Shown here: piece by piece, positions 1 through 13,828 of the stretch
How positions within the stretch are numbered: the first letter of the stretch is position 1
Layout: each line of letters starts with the position of its first letter
Source of the DNA: Marsupella aquatica
Lineage: Eukaryota > Plantae > Marchantiophyta
Direction: 5' to 3'
DNA length: 64,000 nucleotides
NCBI GenBank assembly: GCA_973895155.1
Contig: OZ316895.1
Span: 7,986,184-8,050,183, forward strand
Notes under the pieces: generated by a model
Database searches by the model: none
Seen by the model: the letters and a program-made list of their open reading frames with translations, nothing else
What the model was told of the DNA's origin: nothing
Made by a program: the position numbers and the translations under genes

Positions 1-3000
1 TAGAACCCTAAGCGCATTAGACATGTGGCTACGCAAGAAGGCCTGTGCGTCATGAGAGACAGCTCAAAAAATGCTGCATTGCAATGACATAGCACACATC
101 AAAAAATCCAAAAATCCTTTACAACACCTCGTCACCCGAAACCAATAACCTGAATATAATTGTCAAGAGATCCACTGCTGTTCAGATTGGTTTAAGAATG
201 CTGGCACTGGGTAGATTGAAAAATCTATGCACGTGAACCATTTACACATCAATGTAATGAGAAATGTTCGATGGAATTCCCAATTGTACCAATAAATTCT
301 CGAAGTTGAGATTGTGCCTGTCGATGAGCTCGGAGAAACGCTGCAGCAATATAGCAACCAAGCTCCAATCGTCCTACTATCCAGTATGTCAGAATACGTT
401 GCGGCAATAGGGTCGAACTTCTCCATTTCAGATACCGAGGAAAGCGGACATGTGGTTTAAGTCCCGTCCAGTCTTGCATTGGCAAGTCTCGAGCAACCTG
501 CCGATCCAATTTGTTTACCATGCCTGACAATAAGTATAAAGAGCAACTTTCTGATGCGGATACGATGTTTCTAATTACTAATGTGCCATTTCACCCACAA
601 TACCACCAGAGGTAACTTGCTTGATATACAGGTCCTCATTAACACCTACACTGTCCAGAGCTTCATCCACCGATCCCATTAGTAAGATTGCTGCTGTTCG
701 TGTGATACGTCCCTCCCCCAACATCGCCCAGTACGCTGCTTGCACTCCTGTGAATAGAGGCACGGGCGTGTCACAATGCTGTGTTTCAACGTGAAAGTCA
801 ATTTCATCTACAACGGAATGATCAGTCTGCTGATGCATACATCATCTTGCATCCATGCTTCCCTCAAAGTCTGAAACGCAATATTCTGTCTGAGCTCTAA
901 CTGCAGCGGAACATTGAAATTAGTAAGAACTAGTATAAGTACTTCAGCAAGATGGTATGCACCATTACCATTCAAAAATCGGACCCGGGTGTCTTGGAAA
1001 GCAAGCCTCCGTGCTGTCTCCCCTGTTGCACTAGCTTGATGAGGATGCGTACGAGCTCCACCAGAGGTCATTTCACCCAAGGAAGTGATATACTTGCGCA
1101 CCGTCGTCCAGTCCGCCGGACCCAAATCTTCATCTTCTCCTAACTCTCCAAATGATTCCAAAGCTTTGTCGTACATTTCATGCCGCACGTAATTTAATAT
1201 ATGCATCTGCAAAAATTGAGAAAAATGTTGATTATTACAACAAATTCATGAGGGAAAGCAACCCCTCGTCTAAGCACACCTACCTCGAACTGTGAATAGT
1301 TCTTGATATAATTCATCCATACTGTAAGCTCAAGAAGAGAAAGAAAATTTGAAAACGATTGATAAGAACCCAAAGTTCTTGCTTCAGTCAACAAATATAC
1401 TCTCAGACCTCACTCATTTGCATCCAAAAAATCACAATTGTAAACACTAAAAACCCTATCGTACACAACAAGATAAGTGACTCAGGGAGATGCAAACTGA
1501 AAAGTTAAGCAGGACAGTGAATCGACCTTCAAGTCATTCGTGTGCTCCATACGCAGAAGTTGCAACAAGAATTGCGTTGTGGTTCCATTGATAATTAAAG
1601 TTAGTAACACAACTCCACCTGTGAAGAATACAAACTGTTGCAATACAGCTGGAGGTCAACATGTACTCCTACTATGCTTGCACAAATTTGCATTGCTGGA
1701 AAGAAATACAACTCATTAGATAGGAAGTCTAGCCTCCATCCAACGACGGTATGAGAGGCCGTTTTGTATCCATTTCTTTACTACATACAGGTCTACCGAA
1801 CCACGTTGACAGAAAACATCAGATTTTCTCACATTCTATAGCACATCACGAAGCAAAAATCAGGAGTAAATGGCAACCATGCAGATGGGAGGAAAGTACC
1901 CGCGCTGTTGTCTGCTTTGAGATTAAAGTATATCCTTTTGATTCAATTTCCCCCACTTTCTGCAGAGCACAAAAGGTAGATTCAGAAACAGGCCAGCAGT
2001 AGCATCAACAGGAACTTTCGCCACAAATCTACTATATATTAGATGGAAGAAAGTTTGCACGTATTTTGAAATCATTTATGTTTAAACAAGCAAACGACGG
2101 CAGATGTTTTGTACACTCACTGCAACAGACAACGAGAGAGATAAGGCAACAGCTCCACGGAGTCCGGCCCAAATTAGGATAGCTGCCTCTTTCCAGTTAA
2201 GACCATAACCAAAGTATCTGAGCCCAGGGTAGAGAACTACAACAACCACTGCCCTGGACAATTGTAAGAATAGGTAGAGCATAACAAGGTAGCCCCAGTC
2301 ATGCGCTGCAAAACGGCCAAATAACAACCCATCAGCAGGGCAGCAATCTGGATAATTATACCGATAAACTTATTCAATCAGTTAAAATGCAAAGCCCAAC
2401 TTATCAGACAATTTTCCTGTCTGAATTCTCAACGAGGCAAACGTGCATCTTGAATATTTCTAAACAGACCACGGTTCCAAAATGATAGAACAAGCCGCTG
2501 CAAGAACCTACCTGTAATTTGTCTCATTACTGTCCTCTTTCACTTTTCATTCTGTTCCTTCATCGCTTTAACAGTATGTATACTCTTAAACTGTTCATTT
2601 TGCACATAACATTAAAAAGAATCTACTTTCGTAACTAGACCCTCCTAACTGATCTTCAACAGAGTGACCAGTTTCTAAAAAGGTGGAGCGACGGATTGGG
2701 CCTGGTAACGTGACGAAACTATCAAGAGCCGGGACTCCTAAATTAGCCTTTAGTTCATGAGCTACACCGAGAACACTGGTCAAGGAACCTAACCAGACCC
2801 ACAAAATGCGTGACAAGGCTACCTACAGTCCATCAAAGAAGAAACTCCGAATTGATGATTGCATAAAAATACCTTCTATCTGGTCCCGACTTACAAGAAT
2901 GCTCTCTGCAATGACTACTCCGCTGCAAGAGATCATACATACATGTTGAATCGATGCAATCCTCAATCACTGGCAGTTTACGTCACTCTAACCATAATTC

Positions 3001-5977
3001 ACTCAATACTGCCAATGTTCTTTCGCGGTCGTAGTTACAAAGCTCATAATGTACGAAGATTCCATACTTTTCAACATGCCGACATGCCAACAAATGAAAA
3101 AGCTAGTTGTAGAAAGTGATCAAGCCGCGCAAGCCATGCCCATTGCAGTGAAGACAGCCAGACCTGAGTAAAAAAATAAGGGTGTTGGCAATATAAGAGA
3201 CCATCTCCCTGTCAGCAAAGTGGGAAAATAAATATACATATAGAGCCACATTTAGTTGCCATGAACTAAATTATCAGGAGTACTTCAAGTCAATGTTGGA
3301 TTTGCTTTTATCATGCTAAAATCTTTGGTGAAATAAGTGACAATGCCATTAGGGTAAGGATAAATCGAATCGAAGGAAAATGGAATTCGTAGGATGAATC
3401 AAAGACAGATCTGAAGAACAGAGAACATAGCTGCTCAACAGACAGCATTTAGTGAATTCGAGAACACTTATAGCCCAACCCTAAAACTGAAGCAAATAAC
3501 CCTCCTACGCATTTGTTTAGAGTAATGAAGATAAAAATGGAGCAGCATTGACCAAATAGAGACATGAACTACCAGAAATGGTGCATGCTCTGCTGGCTTT
3601 CACCAGTAAAGGCAGTTCGTGCAAATGCTGCAAAAAAGCTTCATGTAACCATACAAACACACATATAAGATCGAGAGACATATATTTTTATCAGTCATAA
3701 ATCATCCTCTCCATTGTCAACATTGTAACTGAACTTCATGTAGGTACAGTCCATACCATACGTCAGCGCGACAATACCTGCTGATACCATAATGGAGACA
3801 AACTGGACCTAAAATTGCCCCAAAATCGGAACTTCTACAATACCCTCTACTCCACAAACAAACAGTCACAATTTCCTACCCAGCACTTCGTGACAAATTA
3901 CAACCTTTTAAATTAACATCATAAACCTATGCTTCGGTTCTGCATGAAAGGCTCAGGCTACTCACATTCCGAGAGTCATTACCGTCAAAACACCGGAAAC
4001 TTGAGCCTCATCTTCAGCCTAGACACGGACATTGTAATCACCAGTGCTTTAGGTTCAGACCAAGATAATCTGTTCATATCTGTGAACATTTAGCGACAGG
4101 GTGAAACTCGAAAAGGTCACTAGTCTCCAGGGAGAGTGGAAATGGTTTAAAAAAAACCCAGCTTCGAAGCTTACCACAAAGAAGGCCAAGTAGCTCGCAG
4201 TTAATGTCAGTGTGATTTCCAAGACTGTGTCATTAAATATCCGTCCAATCCAGAATACGGCGATCAGCCCACAGCCAAAACCTAATGCAACCCTGCAAAA
4301 GAGTGGATAGGGTCTTGACAAGTAAAACTACCGTCTTGAAGAATTCATCAAACCTCGCAAAGAACTGATGCAGCGGAAAGTATAATATCGGGTTAGAGGC
4401 GCGATACATACGCTCCAAATGCAACTCGACTGAAGAACTCCACAATCTGACCGACAGTAAAATGCTGCCCTAACACCATTTTGAAAAATAGCTTGTAAAC
4501 TACAATCGCGGTCCTGTAGACAAGCAATTCCAACGGTTACAGGAATCCTTTCAAAGCTGTCGTATTGCTAATCAGTGATTGTTGGTCAGCTCAAACATCT
4601 TTTCAGATCCTGTAACTAAAATTTCCAAAGTCTCACCCATCGTTCATCAAAGATTCACCCTCCACAATCGTACTCAATTTCTTGCTCGCACCAAGTTCTT
4701 TAAGAAGAGCAACAACTGCAACTGGATCTGTTGCACTAAGAAGGCCACCCAAAAGCAAACACGTACTCCAATTCCATCCATAAGGAAATATGTACTGCAC
4801 AAGAACAGGTCCAATGCAGAATGGGTAATCAATAGCCACACCAAAGAGCGCGCAAGTTACTGAAAGTGCGCACCAGGTCTCCAGAGACAAGGCATCACTA
4901 GACTCGACAGGCTCTAAACAAAAGTGGCAATAAGGGCGATTCCTCAGAGACACTGAAAAATTAAAAACTCAACTGGATTGGATAGATGAGCGTGAGACAC
5001 TCACACGATTGACGAGAGCAAGACAACCCGTTGAGATGACAACTCCAGGACCAGCAAGCAACACCATTTGCATGATGCATCTCTGTTCACGATACACTCG
5101 ATTAGAGTTAACCGACCACACACCCACAATATTGGAAACCGCCATAACAGATACTGATCTCTGAATGCCCTCAACTAGAGATCGCTACCAACCTTGAAAA
5201 AAACTGAAAAACCTGGTACTTCGTTTGTCTATTGCACACCTTAATTTGATGGATCTCCATTGAAAATGAGCTTTCGAAGAGAAGAGCTGGTAAGAAGACA
5301 AATAGAATGAGGTTTGGATTGATGTTTGACCCTGTACAAAGTGCGAAACAAGTCAGAATGTGCTCCGAGGGAATCTTGATAATTTCGTGCCTACAAAACC
5401 TTAGACCTATACTCAGCTGGAAAACCTGTCGATCGGCACTGAATCCCCAGGTGAATCCAACCATAAAGATGCTGATTTGTCCAGCGCCAGGAACTAGAGC
5501 ACCTACATCTTCGGATACTTGTTCCGAGAATTCCCAAGCCTTGTTTGGTTCCATATTCTGCACCAACAGTCCCAATGTATATAATTTGTCAGCGAACCCT
5601 GCAGGATTCTACGTAGAAAACAGGTTTCCTTGTAACCTTGAAGCCCAATTTCCTGGCCACAGTAAGCTATCTTGTACATAATCACAAAGTAATCACACCG
5701 ATATTTCTCCTGGACTTAAAAACTCTCAATTTGACCCGCACAATCATAGAAGATTGGGGGATGTGATGCGGTGTGACGAACCTACAGCCCCGAGAGCAAT
5801 CCCCAGTATCAGCAAAGCCACAGTGTAGGGAACTCTAGTACCCCTGAAGACTTGTCTGCAAACGACCCCCAAAACTAGCGACACCACAATAAAGAGAATA
5901 GCATCTTCAGGATGTGCGTTTCCGTCCTGCGCCGGGGAAGGTGCAATCCCGAAATTGGACGGCGCTAGTTCTCCCAT
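1..5977 (-). CDS. SOS1: SOS1/NHX7-type plasma-membrane Na+/H+ antiporter, multi-exon, 5' part (3' part lies beyond window start)
   Basis: Exon peptides match SOS1 in order: DAILFIVVSLVLGVVCRQVFRGTRVPYTVALLILGIALG (5744-5977), INPNLILFVFLPALLFESSFSMEIHQIK, LLLGGLLSATDPVAVVALLKELGASKKLSTIVEGESLMNDG, DTVLEITLTL, LRYFGYGLNWKEAAILIWAGLRGAVALSLSLSV, YDKALESFGELGEDEDLGPADW, DTRVRFLNG, VQAAYWAMLGEGRITRTAAILLMGSVDEALD. GT-AG introns lie between them; exact exon borders not all resolved. Confidence 0.93.
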
Positions 5978-7974
5978 GGCAAGTTCCTACATAGACCAAA
6001 CGTATCCATCAGACCCGCCCACAAAGTTACGTGATCAATGAGTGCAGTTCAAATACTCTTCCCCCCTGACAGGAACAGCGGATTTTTTCATACAGAATAC
6101 AAGGTTGCAACTCGATACTTGTCAGGACCTGCAAACAGGACTACATGGTCATCCACATACATGCCAACCCTGAAATCTTCAACCTTGGCCATCTATCAGT
6201 AGTTTTCGATCATTTAGCTCTATCTCTGGGTCTACGTTCGATCTTGGCCGAAATTTACCCCGCACGCAATTCCGAGTATGCGGGTCAAGACGGCGTTTAA
6301 CTGCGGATTAACTATGAGCCCAGAGACACTCGTAAGGAAAGTAAAGATAGCAGTGGCAGAGTCGTTTGCTCACAAGAGTCTCGGCACCACAGCAATTGCC
6401 GCTGCCTGAAAACTCTCACGAATTTTAAAGGCCTTCAATTGGCGATCACAAAGAAATGTGAGAGCGACGTGTGCGTCAGCTCAGCTCGGGTCGTGTCCTG
6501 GACCTGTTCAGATAACCAAATGCATGATGTACATTATTGGTGAGGAGAGGAACTATTGGCAAAGAACGTGAGCAGCTGACCCCGCCTGGCGCGTGATCTG
6601 GGTTAAGGGATCAACTAGTCTTCGTGCTCTTGCAAAGCACAAATGTTATAAATATGCTGTGCGTTTGCCAGAGACTCTCTCCTCAACACCTTGCGTGCTT
6701 GGAGCGAATCTCTGTACTGCCATACATTGAGGCAAACTAAACCTCAAAGACAATTTCAGACGTTATTAGGAACAATGGCCAGAGGCTGGCGCATTCATAT
6801 GCATAAGAATTGCGTCCTTCAACCCGCATGTGCGAGATCCGTCCCATTCACACAATGTCATTGTCATTTAGTGATAAATAGCTCAACGAACAAATGCAAC
6901 CTAGTGAATTCCCAGCGCCAGCAAGTCCAGGGGTCGGAACGTCCCAAGTTTGCCACGGCGATCAGTCTCTCCGACTAATCATTGCCCTCGGAGAAGACAA
7001 ATCTGATTGTGGCTCATCTCGTGCGTCAGCTTAGTTCCGGGGCTGGCCCACCAATATTGTCGGGAAGGTGTAGTGCCAAATGTATGGGGTTGCAGACAAT
7101 CTTTCGGTCCGGATTGTACTGTGATGCGGTGCATTGTGCTCTGTTTCTGTGTTAGTGTGTGGTGTTATATTATTCGGTCTTGTGTACCGTCCTTCCAATC
7201 ATCCCACCCGCATGCTCTGTCCCTCTCCCTCCTACGACTACTACCTACGAGAGCATGCATGAAGAATTGCAGTAGTGTTCTTTAAAGAACAAACCACAAC
7301 CACCTGTTTCGAGATTACCCATCCCGGCGGGACCAAACAGTCATGATAAGCTGCTGTTGCTGCAGGTGTCTGCTCGCGGCTCCCCCACCGCTCCCCGTCT
7401 GCTCCTCCATCGGCCGTCCCCCACCGTAAAATCCCTCCTCGTTGTCCCATCAACGGATCTGCTGTTCGAGCCCCCGTTCCCTGGCCCCTTATTGTTCCCA
7501 GCATAGTCATGAGTGCCATCGCTCGTCCCACCAAATTATTTTTCAAAAATTCTCTCATAATAATTTCGTCATAACTCTCCCCTAGCTCCCTCTTTCCACG
7601 CTCTCGTTTACTCCCTTTGACTCTTCTGCGTCTTTGTAACTTCTGTCCGTAACTCCGATAGGAGATCGGCGGATGGACCAAAAGTCGAAAACCGACTCCG
7701 CTTATCGATTCTCCCTGTGCCTCTCCCGACCGCGACTAGGCAGGCCACCCCCTGGCTTACGCGCGTGCGATGCGACGATGCGCCATTACGCCTGGTGTCT
7801 CAATTCGAAATATTTCTTCCTACTGCTAAAGTAGATAAAACAGTAAGAACGACGGACAATCGTATTACATCCGCCAACCTGCGGTACGCACAAGTGTCTG
7901 GTTTCAAACTTGAAACACTCTTCTTCTTTCGATCTACTTCAAACATTCAACACTGGCCTCTTCTCGCCAACGCA

Positions 7975-8021
7975 GGAGAGGAGAGGAGGGGAGAGGAGAG
8001 GAGGGGAGAGGAGAGGAGAGG
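7975..8021. repeat. GA-rich simple tandem repeat (15-bp unit GAGGAGAGGAGGGGA, ~3 copies)
   Basis: Directly visible; gives EERRG x3 in the overlapping spurious ORF. Confidence 0.85.
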
Positions 8022-11000
8022 ACTGCTCTGTCAAGAAATTTGCTTGGTGAAGGCCTTACTGCCACACTTGCCTTGTGGCAACACGAAAGGCACTACAGTA
8101 CTCCTCCTTCCTTGGTGAGGTCCTGGCGTTCCGCATACGGTACTGTTGATTTCGTTCCGGCATCCCTCGCGGACCACGACTGACTGCAGAAGGCAACAAT
8201 AAAGCAACTATGGGGTCTGCATACTTTTAAAAAGCACAGGCTAGTGTACGACATCGCTGAGAGGAGAAAGGAAACTTGACTGTGGCCGTAGCTTCATTTG
8301 CCAGCGTTGCGCATGCTTCACGCAGGTTTGCCTTGCAGTTAAGTTTACCATTGATTGGACTAAGATGGACTAAAGAATCGTGCGCGATCTAATTTAATTT
8401 CGCAGATCCTGAACCATCGTATTCTAGGTCAAGCTCTACAACGATATGAGACGTTGAGACTTCATGTGCGGTGTAAAGTAGATTGGCATATTATTAGCTT
8501 GAGAGAGGATGGAGTCTCATAGGGACATCACCAGGATCAGAATGCGGGTACGGGCAGATGAGAGAAAGGGAGCTCCGACCAAAAGTGTCGATTGCGTGTC
8601 TGGTGACCAATCGGACCTTCTCAGTAATACCGAAGTGCTAAAACATGAGCTAACCAAAGTGTGACAAATGAAAGGAGGGCATACATTGCAGACACCGCGA
8701 GTAACGTCAATGAAGCTCAAGCTGTACATACAGTCTCAGAATAGTCAGTGTCTCATTGAGTGGCACTGCAGGATACTTGAGCCTCCCGGAGTCCGGGGCT
8801 GCTGCAGAGTCCTATCGTCCTGCACGGTGTTAATAAATGGTCGAAGTAATGCACAGCTGAATTGAACAAGTACGCAATTGTAAAAACATGCTTCAAACCT
8901 TCACACACTAAGATGTACAGCAAATGCGCAGTAGGGGCGAAGAATGAGCACAGGAAGAGGAAGAAATCAGGGACTCCATACCTTCTCCAGATCTATCGCG
9001 ATCGTTTATCAGTGCACCAGTGATGGACCTTGAAAGACAAAACTTTAGATAGATGTACATCAAATGCGCAGGAGTGGAGAAGACTGCGAACAAGGAGAGG
9101 AAGAAATCCGGGAGAAGAACGCGAACAGGAAGAGAAAGAAATCTGGCACCCCATCCCCTCTCTAGATGTATCCCGTCCATTTCATCAGTTAGAATTTTGG
9201 GTAGCCACCTTCGGAGGCTCGGAGCCATGAATCTTAATTCCCTATGTTGAGCTATCGGCCTACGACGAAATGTCGAGCAAAGAGGTGGTGCTTGCATTCG
9301 AGGATGACTGTACAAAGATTTTTGGGCACTGCTGAATTTTGGTCACTAAAACAAGGGCCACCTTTTGTTCTTAATATGGACTCCAGATCCAGACCAAATA
9401 TTTTGGAATGCAATTCCCGGAATGAAAGAGCCGAATTTCAACAATGCAAATCCTTTGAATATAAGAGCCAATAAATGCGAGCCCTTGGATCACCTCTTGA
9501 GCCGACTGTTTGCAATAGACACCACACCTACAGCCTTTCCATTCATTCTAGGGTCTAAGCTTAATGTTGGAAGAATAAAAAGAATGAAATCTACAACTAT
9601 AATAATTGATCCTGCCTCCTTAGTCCCTTTATGAAATCCAGAATCAGCACTAATCAAAACTTGCTTGTTAGATATTTTAGAATATTATCATATTTGCTTG
9701 ATTAGCATTTGTACTCTCTGGCAAGGCCTCCCTTATCCTTGCCTTCATTATATATGGACCCCCTCGCGATATACATATACTGGCATCAATGCTCGCCATG
9801 CCTCGCCGGCCCTCACAATGCCTCACCTTTGATGCCCTTTCTCGCCCTCCCCTTGGTCCCGATGCGCTCAACCCTGCCTCTCGCCCCCTGGCCCCCGGCC
9901 CCAGGCCCGACTCTCTATGGGCCGGCCCTCATTGCACTCTGCAACGCACGGGCATATGGCTCGTCTTACTATATTATAGCAAAAGAAGCTACTTTTAAAG
10001 GGTACTGTCTAGACCGTAACTCAAATAAAAACAAAATGTATAATGAGTCTCAATAAGACAAATCTAAAGGTATGCCAGAAAAGAGTGTTACGTTCAAGGA
10101 TGGGGTAGTCAGGCTAGTTTTATACAATCCAAATCTAATCTTAGAGGCAATTAAAAAAGACAGTATAGAATCGGTTTACTTGGGAGCACTGCTTGGCATA
10201 CACACCATACCCAAATCCTCTCAATTCATTCTAGGGTCCAGATTTAAACTTAGGATAAATAAAAAGACAATCATTATAGAATCTAAATTTAATAAGACAA
10301 TGGCCAGGACATCTTTTGGAGCCGTCCTGAAATTGAGGAAAAACATTCAAGCATTCCTCACTTCCGAAAGCCTTTCCTTTCATTCAGTGTAGGGTCCAGA
10401 TCGAAATCTAAGAGGAAATAAAAAGAGACAATCATTACACTGTCCAGATGAAATTAAAAAACGACAGTCATTATAAAATCGTAAGACAATGGCCCCGACA
10501 TCATTCTTTTATAGCCACCCTGAAATTGAGGGAAACCTTTTCAAGCATTATCAGCGAATCCCTCCTTCATGGTGCTCATTACGCTGGTATTTTTTCAGCG
10601 CATTTTTAGTCCTCAATAAGCTTAACCTCATCTTAAGTCGTGGGCCAAAGTGTACAAGCCATGTTGCCACTTAATGCTGGCCAGAGCATATCCGGCCTTG
10701 CCACGTATGACTTTTAGGGGGGGCTGTGAATGCCATTCAGTGTCTCTCAATCCAAAGGCAAAGCTGAGGCAAGTTCCATACATTAAAGTCAAAATGCTTA
10801 AGTCTGAGGTATTCCCCCAAAAGAAGCCACCACTTGCTCCTTTTGTGTAGACCACCTCAAGACTCAAGAGATGGTCTAAGTTTTTGACATCTACACATTA
10901 GCCAAAAAAAGGGACCTATATGGGACCCGCTGACTGATGCTTCATTGTGCCCCCAAGTTCATGCAAAATGAAGTGTGGTCTCTTCACACATTTCAAAGGC

Positions 11001-13828
11001 TAGGATTTCATCTCACACCTAGAAAAAAGGGAATTGTTGGCCCCCCAGTGTTTGTAAAGCCACCCTTCGATATGAAATTTGTCCAATTTAGACCAACATG
11101 AAGCTAAACTATTATAATAGCACTACCGTCTTCCCCAGACAGCGCCATGGCTCTTTACTCAAATAGTGGGCCATGGGATCCATTTGAATACTGTGCTTGG
11201 GGTGTTGTATTGAGTTTTTATTATGTGCTTTCACTTTTCATACTTGCAGGGCATTATGTTTGAAAATAGACATTGTGTTCAAATAGTAGCTTAATGACTG
11301 TGCATCTCATAGAAGATGTTGCAGAAAAGAAGTTGTTGCATACAAGATGTTGTTGGGATGTTGTAGCATGATGTCCATGTGAAAAAGATGTCATTGTGCA
11401 AGTGCAAAAACAACATTGCATAGAAGATATCCCATGTTTAGGGCCCAAGGCCAAGAGTATCATTACTCACGCATATTTGTTCCTAGCTCTCACAAAGATC
11501 AACGTCTTGGCCATGAAAAGCAAACCGCTATCTCCCATATCACTTAGAAAATGCTATCAATGGGTTAAGTTCACGAAAACCAAGGATTCAGCTTTCTACA
11601 TACTGAAAGAAAGAACTCATTTGGATTGACACAAAAAAACGCAACATTTGTGCTCGTGATACATTCTGTATACGACCTTCTTCATATGCAAGAGCTTGGT
11701 ACATTGGGCAATAATTCGTAAAACAAACTTCAATTATTGCGGCAAAGAAGGAAGCCTAGCAAATGTGGTGTCTCTGCACATATATGTCGGCTTTTGGAAA
11801 GGGAGAGGTTTCTGTTGGGCAAAACAAGGTCCACAGGAAGACGATACTGTCATTCTTCATCTGCTGGGCATGGTCAAGTATAACACTCCATGTCGTTCCT
11901 CAGGTTGCAGCTGTGACAAGACGACTGTCCCTGGCAGTGGTGCTCGATGCCACAGCTCGGGGCAGATGCTTCCTAACAGTGGAGTACTCAAACCTTTTTC
12001 CACAATGGAGGTTCGTAATGAATTGATCTGAGTTAAAATAGCTCTTGAAGTGCGAGCAACTATGATGTAGATATAGAGAGAGTCGAGCACTACACTCTTG
12101 AATGATACGCAAGGAGAGAGATTGTAAGTGGAAACTTCCGAAATTCTCCGAAATTTTTTGAGTTTGTGCCATGCTGGGGAAATTGTAAAGAGTCGTCCAA
12201 TGCAGGTTGTATGGAGTAGTCGTTTGTGCGGACGGCAATGAGCAGAAGCATGGCTACTGTTACTGAGTTGAATGTTGTTTGAGGGTACACGGGACAAGGT
12301 GGCCAGCTCCGAACATCGCACCTGCAGTGCGAACGTAAAATGCTTGATTGAAAGTCGCGTGGCTACCTTCGTCTACTCTGGAGAAATTATCAGCAGGGCC
12401 TTCAGGCGTTACAATCTTGGACTAGCGCAGCAAGATCTCTCCACAACTGTCATAAAGCTATGGACGAATTTCGTGTCACCATCACCAAATCTCCATAAGC
12501 ACGCAATGTGATCGTCAAACAAACCCAAACAACGACAATGGATGACTTTCAATAGCCAAAACTCGGTGCTGTCATGCTTCGTATATGATCCGCGCATTAG
12601 AAAGTCTCTGTCAACGTACCTTGGCAGCGATTTCAAACGCTGCAGTGTCGGTGCTGTGCTTCCCAGATTCGCAGCTGACAAAGCCTTCAATCCGGAGCCA
12701 GAAGCAGACGATGATTTCAAATGTTAACTACTCCATACAGCACACCTCCTGGAGATTGAAAAGGTCTATCTGGAGTTCAAAATCCTTGGAGTCAGAGAGC
12801 TGCGAACTGACGGAAGCCACATGCACGGCCAGGGTCATTTGCAGGGGTGACTACAAGGAGCGCAACAGGCCAGGCAGATACACAGAAGGCACAGTTGAAG
12901 GACATTTGTAAAGTGCCTCATCTTGTTTTTTTTTCTAAATTCAATGGTATGGACTTGAGGGGCAGGAAAGTTCCGGCCCTTGCCCTTGAAACTCCACAAT
13001 CATTGCAGTCAGGCCTGCCTTAGGAGGTCTCTTATGCTGCCATGAGTTAGGTTGAGGGCCCTAAAACAAAGGGCTGCCTACATGTAAGTTGGCTTTAAGA
13101 AGTTGTCTGGAGGTAAAAATGCGACATCCACATGTTTCTGCAGTAATTCATTTCCATAGTGACCTCACGATTGCAAATGCCATCATGAACCCAAGGACTT
13201 AGAGGACAAGCAGACAATCAGGCATGAAAATTCATTTCTCAACTGATCACAGCCAATCGCATTTGCACAATGCATCTATTGGGCAAGTCTCGTCCTTGGT
13301 CTCTACTGACTTGGTGAGCGCAAAAAGATATGGAGATGTAAACTGAGCCACCATGGATTTGATCGGAATGCATAATTGTACATTACGGTATAAGCAGTGG
13401 GTTTCAAATACCCAAACCCACTGGAGGTGCGCTGTTCTTAACAGAGTGGAATAAATGTATGGCAGCGACGATTTCCTATATACAATTGGTTCTATGGAAG
13501 GAAGTGAACTACCAATGAAAGATAATCCCCCTGACCACATTCAGGACAAATCCCGCTGACTTCTATCCAAAGAAGCAAGGTCACCGAGGAGAATTGAATT
13601 GTATTGAATCGAGTCTAGAAGACTAGAGAGGACAAAATATTAACACCTGAAGCGCAAGTGCTCAGGATGATAGCGCGGATTTCAATGGGCCGGGTATGAG
13701 GAGGATTCTCGATGAGGATGTTATCCTCACTTTAGACGCGTTATAGCCTACCTGGATATGATTTCCCAATTATTCGCAAGTTGCTACGAATGGGTTGATA
13801 ATTTACTGTAGCATACAACCGTTGTCAT

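Noticed and set aside
6691-11629. Numerous 60-146 aa ORFs between SOS1 and ABCB, plus degenerate repeats (CCTTTCC.TTCATTC.AGGGTC at ~9533, 10225, 10371)
   Set aside because: No recognisable domains, and the ORFs overlap on both strands. The repeats lack definable termini or TSDs.
11700-12910. Coding-like GC-balanced stretch, possibly a decayed F-box/LRR-type gene on the minus strand
   Set aside because: All frames are broken by stops and no diagnostic motif was recognisable, so it cannot be supported without a search.
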